Part shown: one piece after another, positions 57,276 through 64,000 of the stretch | Position numbering within the stretch: the stretch's first letter is position 1 | Layout of the letters: each line of letters opens with the position of its first letter | Assembly (NCBI GenBank): GCA_034189385.1 | Contig: JAXHVD010000013.1 | Coordinates: forward strand, 68,259-132,258 | Direction: 5' to 3' | DNA length: 64,000 nucleotides | Source: Thermodesulfobacteriota bacterium | Lineage (GTDB): Bacteria > Desulfobacterota > Desulfobacteria > Desulfobacterales > C00003060 | The notes under the pieces: model-generated | Told to the model about the DNA's origin: nothing | What the model saw: only the letters and a program-made list of their open reading frames with translations | Databases searched by the model: none | Program-made: the position numbers and the translations under genes

Positions 57276-60017
57276 ATGGGGGCTTATACACAGAGAATGA
57301 AAGAAGAAGCAGAAAAACCCTGGGCCCGTTCATGGGAAGAGGTGGTCAAAGAACTTCTTGTCTCACCGGAAAAGGGCCTTTCTTCTGCCGAGGCGGCTGA
57401 AAGACGCCGGCAATACGGCCCGAATCGTCTTCGGGAAACTAAGCCTTTAAGTGTCTGGGCTATTCTTTTTAATCAATTCAAGGGCCTCATTGTTGTCTTC
57501 CTTATAGCTGCCGCGGTGGTCGCTTTTGCCTTTGGCGATCATGTGGAGGGCGCGGCCATCATTGCAGTGATTTTGATAAACGCCCTGATCGGTTTTGTCA
57601 CAGAGTTAAAAGGCGCACGCTCTGTAGAGGCCTTGCGAAAGATGGGCAGCGTGGCCTCAAGGGTCCGTCGCGACAGCAAGATCCAGGAGATTGCAGCCCA
57701 GGATCTTGTGCCCGGCGACATGGTTGTCCTTGAAGGCGGTGATGTGATTACGGCAGACTTGCGCCTGGTCACACAGTCAAAGCTTCAAGCCGACGAATCC
57801 GTCCTCACCGGTGAATCCTTGCCCGTGGAAAAGGGTGTGGAACCCCTCCAAGAAAAGGCCCCTCTTGCTGAGCGACGCAACATGCTTTTTAAGGGGACGG
57901 TCCTGACCAGGGGATCGGCAGAGGCCGTGGTGGTGGGCACGGGGATGCACACGGAGTTGGGCAACATCTCCTCGCTCGTAGACGAAACAGAGGACGAGAG
58001 CACGCCTCTGGAAGAGCGGCTGGACCAGCTCGGTCACTGGCTCATCTGGTTAAGCCTTGCCCTTGCGGTCTTTGTGGCTGTCACAGGGATCATGGCCGGC
58101 AAGGAGACATTCCTCATGATCGAGACGGCCATTGCCTTGGCCGTGGCAGCCATCCCCGAAGGGCTCCCCATCGTGGCCACCATCGCCCTTGCCCGAGGGG
58201 TGTGGCGCATGGCACAGAGAAACGCCCTGGTGAAAAGGCTCTCTGCCGTGGAGACCCTGGGCTCCACAAGCGTCATCCTTACGGACAAGACAGGCACCTT
58301 GACGGAAAACCGCATGACGGTGACACGGCTCGTGCTTCCATCAGGGAACATTGAGGTGGACTGGGCATCATCAGGCAGTGACGGTGCCTTTAAGCGAGAC
58401 GGCCACGTTCTTGATCCTGCCGGAGACAGGGCCTTGGTGGAAGCCTTGGAGGTGGGGGCCCTTTGCAACAATGCCGCCTATTCCGCGGAGGGGGGATCAA
58501 ACCCACAGGGCGTGGGCGATCCCCTGGAGGTGGCCTTGTTGGCCGTTGCTGCCAATGCAGGGATTCGTCGAAAGGAGCTTATAGAAAAAACACCGGAGGT
58601 GAGAGAGGAGGCCTTTGACTCCAGCACCAAGATGATGGCCACCTTTCACCAAAATGGCGGTCCCTGTCGTGTGGCCGTGAAAGGGGCCCCTGAACCTGTG
58701 CTTGAAGCCTCTTCTGCTCTCTTGATCGAAGAAGGCGAGCGAGAGATCTCTGAAGACGATCGCAAGGCCTGGCTTGCCAGCAATCAGGAGATGGCTGAAG
58801 AGGGCCTTCGGGTATTGGCGCTGGCCACAAAGTCTGCCGAGTCCTGCGAGGCCGCGCCATACCAGGGCTTGACCTTCCTGGGCCTTGTGGGCCTCCTTGA
58901 TCCCCCAAGAAAGGAGGTCAAACAAGCCCTTTCCTCATGCAAAGAGGCCGGCATCAGGGTGATCATGGCCACGGGAGACCAGGCCGTGACAGCGCGGATC
59001 ATCGGCCATGCCGTGGGCCTGGTGGATGACAGGCAGGCCCAAGTGGTGAGCGGCCAAGATCTCAAGCATGAAGAGGCCTTGACCGAGGAAGAGCAAAGGC
59101 AGCTCCTTCAGGTGCCCCTCTTTGCCAGGGTGAGCCCTGAACAGAAACTCGATCTGATCGCCATTCACCAAAAGAACAATTCCATCGTGGCCATGACAGG
59201 AGACGGTGTAAACGACGCCCCGGCCCTCAAGAAGGCGGACATCGGCATTGCCATGGGCCAGCGGGGGACCCAGGTGGCCCGCGAGGCCTCGGACATGATC
59301 CTCAAAGATGACGCCTTTTCCTCCATTGTGGTGGCCGTGGAGCAAGGACGCATCATTTTTGGCAACATCAGGAAGTTCGTTTTATATCTTCTCTCCTGCA
59401 ATGTGAGCGAGCTCATGGTCGTGACCCTGGCCGCCATGGTGAACGCGCCACTTCCCATTCTTCCCCTTCAGATACTCTTTTTGAATCTTGTCACAGATGT
59501 CTTCCCTGCCTTGGCCCTTGCTGCGGGCGAAGGAAGCCCCGGCATCATGAGACGCCCGCCTCGTGACCCGGAAGAGCCCATTGTCTCCCGCAAGCATTGG
59601 CTTAAAGTGGGCGGTTATGGCGCGGTCATGACAGTGGCGGTCCTTGCAGCCTTTGCCCTTGCCCTGGTCTGGCTCAACATGGAGGCGCGACAGGCCGTGA
59701 CCGTCTCTTTTCTTACCCTGGCCTTTTCGCAGTTGTGGCACGTCTTTAACGTGCGCGACCGAGGATCCAGGCTTCTTCAAAACGAGATCACGGGCAATCG
59801 TTTCGTGTGGGGGGCCCTGGGGCTGTGCACCCTATTGCTTCTTGGCGCCGTCTATCTGCCGGGCCTTTCCCATGTGTTGAAGACGGCAAACCCGGGCACT
59901 GCGGGCTGGCTGCTCATTGTGGTTGCGAGCCTGATCCCTTTTGTGGTCGGGCAGGTCATGAAGGCCATCCCCTTTTCCGGTCAGGCATCCTTTAGCCCTG
60001 AAAGCACCTCGTCGTAG
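57276..60017 (+). CDS. P-type cation-transporting ATPase (P2-type, Ca2+-ATPase-like)
   Basis: 913 aa with TGES, the phosphorylation site DKTGTLT, the hinge TGDGVNDAPALKKADIGIAMG, and an N-terminal cation-ATPase domain. Confidence 0.9.
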   Translation: MGAYTQRMKEEAEKPWARSWEEVVKELLVSPEKGLSSAEAAERRRQYGPNRLRETKPLSVWAILFNQFKGLIVVFLIAAAVVAFAFGDHVEGAAIIAVILINALIGFVTELKGARSVEALRKMGSVASRVRRDSKIQEIAAQDLVPGDMVVLEGGDVITADLRLVTQSKLQADESVLTGESLPVEKGVEPLQEKAPLAERRNMLFKGTVLTRGSAEAVVVGTGMHTELGNISSLVDETEDESTPLEERLDQLGHWLIWLSLALAVFVAVTGIMAGKETFLMIETAIALAVAAIPEGLPIVATIALARGVWRMAQRNALVKRLSAVETLGSTSVILTDKTGTLTENRMTVTRLVLPSGNIEVDWASSGSDGAFKRDGHVLDPAGDRALVEALEVGALCNNAAYSAEGGSNPQGVGDPLEVALLAVAANAGIRRKELIEKTPEVREEAFDSSTKMMATFHQNGGPCRVAVKGAPEPVLEASSALLIEEGEREISEDDRKAWLASNQEMAEEGLRVLALATKSAESCEAAPYQGLTFLGLVGLLDPPRKEVKQALSSCKEAGIRVIMATGDQAVTARIIGHAVGLVDDRQAQVVSGQDLKHEEALTEEEQRQLLQVPLFARVSPEQKLDLIAIHQKNNSIVAMTGDGVNDAPALKKADIGIAMGQRGTQVAREASDMILKDDAFSSIVVAVEQGRIIFGNIRKFVLYLLSCNVSELMVVTLAAMVNAPLPILPLQILFLNLVTDVFPALALAAGEGSPGIMRRPPRDPEEPIVSRKHWLKVGGYGAVMTVAVLAAFALALVWLNMEARQAVTVSFLTLAFSQLWHVFNVRDRGSRLLQNEITGNRFVWGALGLCTLLLLGAVYLPGLSHVLKTANPGTAGWLLIVVASLIPFVVGQVMKAIPFSGQASFSPESTSS

Positions 60018-60229
60018 GCAGCATTGTGCCAGGCACAGGCCGAGCAGACCAGTATGGGGGCTTGCCCGCATTCGTCACAAATGGGACAGTGGACTGTTTC
60101 GCCCTTGTAGGAAGTTGCCGTATATCCTGAGCAGTACACCTCTCCCCCACACTCCGGACAGTGCTCAAAGTGGACTTTGGGCCCCTCTCCCGGCGACCTG
60201 TTTTCTAGACATATTTCGCAAATAGCCAT
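59981..60229 (-). CDS. Cys-rich zinc-ribbon protein (82 aa)
   Basis: ATG 60229 follows AAGGAGGG. There are four C-x2-C pairs (CEIC, CPEC, CPIC, CSAC). It overlaps the convergent ATPase 3' end by 37 nt. Confidence 0.5.
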   Translation of the reverse strand: MAICEICLENRSPGEGPKVHFEHCPECGGEVYCSGYTATSYKGETVHCPICDECGQAPILVCSACAWHNAAYDEVLSGLKDA

Positions 60230-60254
60230 GTTGTTACCCTCCTTTTTCATGAGA

Positions 60255-60695
60255 TCATATTGCCTGCGGCACATCCCTTCCAGATCCAGTGCCGTTTCTG
60301 CCCAAGGGGGGACTTTCCAGAATTCTACTTTCCAAAATCTTTTCAACTTTCTCTTTGATCACCCTTAAAGGCGACGGCTTCAGGATGCAGGAAATGCCCT
60401 TTTCCAAAAGAAAGGAGCTCCGTTCCTGGGAAAGGGCTCCAGTAAAAAAGAGGAATCTTTTCCCGATGTCCGGATCGGTTTTTGCCGCCTCTTTATAGAA
60501 ACCAACGCCGTCCAACGCAGGCATGTCTATATCCGAGATAATGACATTAAAAAAACCGTTCGTTTGTCTTCTCCAGTGCCAGTCTTCATAGTCAGCCAGA
60601 TGTCTCAGAAAGGTGGACAGTTCTCTGTCGTCTGCGAAGTAATCGCCCCCTGTCTGTAGATTCTCCCAGCCTTTTTCTCAATCTCTCTGATCCAT
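60255..60695 (-). pseudogene. Stand-alone response-regulator receiver domain without a usable start codon
   Basis: Receiver motifs run across the ORF-track start: ...DYFADDRELSTFLRHLADYED...FNVIISDIDMPALDG...FFTGAL...ILKP. The only upstream in-frame ATG (60695) is separated from them by TGA 60678-60680. Confidence 0.45.
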
Positions 60696-60746
60696 TCGAT
60701 AAGGTTCTGCGTCCCAACATCCTTCCAGCTCCACCACTGGTGCGAG

Positions 60747-61925
60747 TCACTGTGCCGCTGCCACCTTTGGCTTCGTCCAAAAAGGGGAAAGCTCTCTGAG
60801 TCGCTCAATGATCGGTGGAAGCCTCTCGATAATGAAGTCCATTTCTTCTTCTGTGTTGTAAACACTTAAACTGAAGCGGATGGAGCCATGGGCCGATGTA
60901 AATGGGACGCCCATGGCACGGAGCACATGAGAGGGCTCCAAGGACCCGGAGGTGCATGCCGACCCTGAAGATGCACAGATGCCCAGCTCATTCATCATGA
61001 GAAGGATGGCCTCGCCTTCCACATATTCGAAACTTATGCTCGTGGTGTTGGGCAAGCGATAGTTGGTGTCACCATTGACCATGGCATTGGGGACGCGGTC
61101 CAGGATGCCCTCTTCAAGCTTGTCTCTGAGGCGGCTGACGCGCGTATTCTCGTCTTCCATGTGAGCTGCCGCCAGCTCAGAGGCCTTCCCAAGCCCAACA
61201 ATGGAGGCCACGTTTTCCGTCCCTCCCCTTCGGCCTCTCTCTTGATGCCCCCCGATGACAAAGGGCGAAAACTTCGTCCCCTTTCGAACATAGAGGGCCC
61301 CAATGCCCTTGGGCGCATGGAGTTTATGTCCTGAAAGAGAAAGCATGTCCACGGGGGTCTGCTTGACATCAATGGGAATCTTTCCGACGGCCTGCACCGC
61401 ATCGGTATGGAAGACGATGCCTCTGGCTTTCAAGACCGGGGCGATTTCTTCTATGGGAAAGAGGACCCCAGTTTCATTGTTGGCCCACATGATGCTCACG
61501 ATGGCCGTATCATCAGAGAGGCTATCGAATAGGCGATTCACATTCAGCCTGCCGTAGCGGTCTACTGGAAGAAAAGTGACCCGATATCCCTTTTTCCCCA
61601 AGTCCTCGCCCAGGTTTTTCACAGCCGGATGTTCCACCCTGGTGGTGATGATGTGTTTCTTTTCAGGATGTGATTCAAGGGCAGCCTTAATAGCTGTATT
61701 ATCACTTTCTGTGCCAGAGCTGGTGAAGAGAATCTCATCGGCAGACGCTCCAATGAGACGGGCCACCTGCTCTCTGGCTTCTCCCAATTTTGCCGCCACC
61801 TGCCCGCCAAAGGTGTGCATGCTTGAAGGGTTGCCGTAGAGGTCGTGAAAGTAGGGGAGCATCTCAGCCAGCACCTCGGGCGCAACCTGTGTTGTTGCGT
61901 TGTTGTCTACATAGATGACCTTCAT
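60747..61925 (-). CDS. nifS: Cysteine desulfurase NifS
   Basis: 392 aa with the PLP lysine in SLSGHKLHAPKG and the active-site loop SSGSACTSG. Confidence 0.9.
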   Translation of the reverse strand: MKVIYVDNNATTQVAPEVLAEMLPYFHDLYGNPSSMHTFGGQVAAKLGEAREQVARLIGASADEILFTSSGTESDNTAIKAALESHPEKKHIITTRVEHPAVKNLGEDLGKKGYRVTFLPVDRYGRLNVNRLFDSLSDDTAIVSIMWANNETGVLFPIEEIAPVLKARGIVFHTDAVQAVGKIPIDVKQTPVDMLSLSGHKLHAPKGIGALYVRKGTKFSPFVIGGHQERGRRGGTENVASIVGLGKASELAAAHMEDENTRVSRLRDKLEEGILDRVPNAMVNGDTNYRLPNTTSISFEYVEGEAILLMMNELGICASSGSACTSGSLEPSHVLRAMGVPFTSAHGSIRFSLSVYNTEEEMDFIIERLPPIIERLRELSPFWTKPKVAAAQ

Positions 61926-62752
61926 GACGCCACCTCCACTACCTCTAGTTCCGGTGTCACCATTTCGTGAAGCTTGGATTCCACATAATGCTTCAGGGTC
62001 ACCTGAGACGCCACACAGGAGGCGCAGGTTCCCTGGAGCCTCACATAGACCTTGTTCCCGTCCACGTCAAAGAGTTCGATGTCGCCACCGTCCTTGTGGA
62101 GAGAAGGCCTGATCTCCCGTTCCAGGGTTTCTTCGATGAGTTTAATCTTTTGAAGGTTGGTCAATGGCGCAGGTTTGCTTCTTGCTACATAGGGTTTGCC
62201 GTGGACCTTGTTGATGATCTCCAGAATCTTGTCATGGCAGCTTTCACACCCTCCGCCGGCTTTGGTATAGCCGGTCACATCCTCAATGGTGGCCAGGTTG
62301 TTTTCGCGAACAGCCCGCTCTATTTCTACATCGGTCACACCAAAACACTCACAGACGAGCTCTCCTTCAACGGCTTTTTCCGGTTCGCCGCGGGAATGGG
62401 CAATGGCCTTTTCAAGGGCCTCTCGGCCCATGACAGAGCAGTGCATCTTCTCCTTTGGCAGCCCCCCAAGATAATCGGCGATATCCTGATTCGTCACCTT
62501 TTCGGCTTCCTCCAGGGTCATGCCCTTGATCATCTCTGTGAGGGCTGAAGAAGAGGCAATGGCGCTGGCGCAGCCAAAGGTCTTAAACTTGGCATCCTTG
62601 ATCTTCTTGTCTTTGTCCAACTTAAAGGTCAGCTTCAACGCATCGCCACACGCCAGAGACCCTACCTCGCCAACGCCTTCAGGATCTTCCACCTCGCCCA
62701 CATTTCGAGGGTTCAAAAAGTGTTCTTTTACTTTTTCTGTATATTCCCACAT
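61922..62752 (-). CDS. nifU: Fe-S cluster assembly scaffold NifU (three-domain)
   Basis: ATG 62752 follows AAGGAGAAAG. The IscU-like N-domain (GSLACGDALKL, FGCASAIASS) is followed by a central BFD-like 2Fe-2S domain (CECFGV..., GGGCESC) and a C-terminal NifU domain (GTCASC). Confidence 0.9.
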   Translation of the reverse strand: MWEYTEKVKEHFLNPRNVGEVEDPEGVGEVGSLACGDALKLTFKLDKDKKIKDAKFKTFGCASAIASSSALTEMIKGMTLEEAEKVTNQDIADYLGGLPKEKMHCSVMGREALEKAIAHSRGEPEKAVEGELVCECFGVTDVEIERAVRENNLATIEDVTGYTKAGGGCESCHDKILEIINKVHGKPYVARSKPAPLTNLQKIKLIEETLEREIRPSLHKDGGDIELFDVDGNKVYVRLQGTCASCVASQVTLKHYVESKLHEMVTPELEVVEVAS

Positions 62753-62813
62753 GGCTCTTTCTCCTTCATATAGACGGCCTGGTGAGCGGATCAAGATAGC
62801 TCAGTGGATCTCA

Positions 62814-63740
62814 TCATTCCTTGAAAAGATCCGTTGTGATGTACCGCTCGCCCGTACTTGGAACGACCACCACGATTTGCTTGCCCCTGCTCTCCTCCCG
62901 TCGTGCCACCTGCAGGGCGGCCCATATGGCCGCTCCAGAGGAAATCCCGCAGAGGATCCCCTCTTCCTTTGCAAGGCGCCTTGCTGTATCAAAGGCCTCA
63001 TCATTGCCTACCGTGATCACTTCGTCGATCACATCCACATTGAGCACCTTGGGCACAAACCCTGCGCCAATCCCCTGTATTTTATGCGGCCCGGCGTTTC
63101 CACCAGAAAGAACCGGGGAGTCTTCGGGCTCCACGGCAATGGCCATGAATGAGGGTTTCCGAGCCTTGATCACCTCTGACACGCCCGTAATGGTTCCTCC
63201 TGTGCCCACGCCAGAAACCAGTATGTCCACGTTGCCATCCGTATCTTTCCAGATCTCTTCGGCCGTGGTTTCTCGGTGGATCTGGGGGTTGGCCGGATTG
63301 CTGAACTGGTCGGGCATGAAGGCATCCTCCGCGCTGGTCAGGATCTCTACCGCCTTGGCAATGGCCCCTTTCATGCCTTCACTTCCAGGGGTCAACACAA
63401 GCTGGGCCCCCAAGTGCTTCAAGAGCTTTCTTCGCTCCATGCTCATGGTGTCGGGCATGGTGAGACAGAGACGGTACCCTTTTGCCGCGCATATAAAGGC
63501 CAAGGCAATACCCGTATTCCCGCTCGTGGGTTCCACGATCAATGTATTCGGACCGATTCTGCCGTCACGCTCTGCAGCCTCTATCATGGAGGCCCCGATA
63601 CGATCCTTGATGCTGCCCAGGGGATTAAAGAATTCCAGCTTTGCAATGATCTCCCCGTTCAGGCCTCTGCCCAGTTTGTTGATTCTGACCAAAGGGGTAT
63701 TTCCTACGGTCTTTCCTATTTGGGAGTAGATTCTTCCCAT
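62814..63740 (-). CDS. cysK: Cysteine synthase A (O-acetylserine sulfhydrylase)
   Basis: 308 aa with the PLP lysine in NPLGSIKDR, the asparagine loop [10 protein letters not shown] and GTGGTITG. Confidence 0.95.
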   Translation of the reverse strand: MGRIYSQIGKTVGNTPLVRINKLGRGLNGEIIAKLEFFNPLGSIKDRIGASMIEAAERDGRIGPNTLIVEPTSGNTGIALAFICAAKGYRLCLTMPDTMSMERRKLLKHLGAQLVLTPGSEGMKGAIAKAVEILTSAEDAFMPDQFSNPANPQIHRETTAEEIWKDTDGNVDILVSGVGTGGTITGVSEVIKARKPSFMAIAVEPEDSPVLSGGNAGPHKIQGIGAGFVPKVLNVDVIDEVITVGNDEAFDTARRLAKEEGILCGISSGAAIWAALQVARREESRGKQIVVVVPSTGERYITTDLFKE

Positions 63741-63752
63741 CTCAGGGCCTCC

Positions 63753-64000
63753 TTACTTGTAGATCAGCCTGGGGGGCTCCAGAAGGACCTTCGTATCTGG
63801 AGGAACAGACTCTGTTACCCACACATTGCCTCCTATGACGGAGCGAGCCCCGATGACCGTATCTCCCCCGAGGATAGTGGCCCCCGCGTAAATGATCACA
63901 TCGTCTTCGATCGTTGGATGACGCTTCTTGCCCTTAAGACGTTCTCCTGCATCCTTTGGCAACGACAGGGCCCCTAGGGTCACACCCTGATAGATGCGGA
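63753..64000 (-). CDS. cysE: Serine O-acetyltransferase, C-terminal part (gene continues beyond the window)
   Basis: Left-handed beta-helix hexapeptide repeats ([27 protein letters not shown]). It lies directly upstream of cysK on the same strand. Confidence 0.8.
   Translation of the reverse strand, partial: RIYQGVTLGALSLPKDAGERLKGKKRHPTIEDDVIIYAGATILGGDTVIGARSVIGGNVWVTESVPPDTKVLLEPPRLIYK

Noticed and set aside
60678-60680. Selenocysteine at the TGA upstream of the receiver domain
   Set aside because: No stem-loop with a GGUC-type apical loop lies within ~40 nt downstream. The position is an unconserved N-terminal leader with no Cys-homology argument.
62821-63729. A 302-aa plus-strand ORF antisense to cysK. 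Similar long antisense ORFs lie at 43758-44441 and 45712-46383.
   Set aside because: The opposite strand encodes unmistakable CysK, M48 protease and MlaF respectively. The antisense products are low-complexity.
1-64000. Search for tRNA, tmRNA, RNase P RNA, rRNA and CRISPR arrays
   Set aside because: By eye I found no T-loop GGTTCGA-type cloverleaf candidates, no conserved RNase P or tmRNA boxes, and no regularly spaced short direct repeats. A covariance-model scan is still needed to be sure.

Overview
This is a 64-kb chromosomal window from a moderately GC-rich bacterium. The gene content (desulforedoxin, NifS/NifU, a c-type cytochrome, apparent selenocysteine recoding) resembles an anaerobic Desulfobacterota-type lineage, but the taxon cannot be verified from here. 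I find about 50 protein genes and no rRNA, tRNA or CRISPR array. The content falls into five groups. (a) Envelope biogenesis: tamA-tamB, an Mla/MCE-type ABC system, and TolC-MFP-RND efflux. (b) An unusual density of ion channels and transporters: CaCA, CorA, two ZntB, a GluR0-type ligand-gated K+ channel, CDF, three MscS-family channels, an SLC12-like permease and a P-type ATPase. (c) Stress proteins: Hsp20, FtsH, desulforedoxin and a Grx-TrxR fusion. (d) Glycogen and glycolysis genes: pyk, glgP, pgm, CBM48 and gapN. (e) A cysE-cysK-nifU-nifS cluster. Main observations: (1) A sulfur oxygenase reductase (SOR) homologue keeps all catalytic residues and carries a twin-arginine signal peptide. It is followed by a split YeeE/YedE sulfur-transporter pair whose first half has an in-frame UGA at the conserved Cys and a SECIS-like GGUC hairpin. 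(2) A 56-codon membrane protein has a C-x4-UGA motif and a second GGUC hairpin. (3) A 1.8-kb direct duplication (zntB plus ~0.8 kb without credible ORFs) lies 23 kb apart, with a 1517-bp identical core and diverged edges, which is a gene-conversion signature. (4) A dispersed intergenic repeat family is present, one copy with ~32-bp terminal inverted repeats, and copies sit inside operons. (5) Several genes are disrupted: USP, DUF4239, a CPA2 fragment, a yedE fragment and a receiver domain. All family assignments come from motif recognition by eye and no searches were run.
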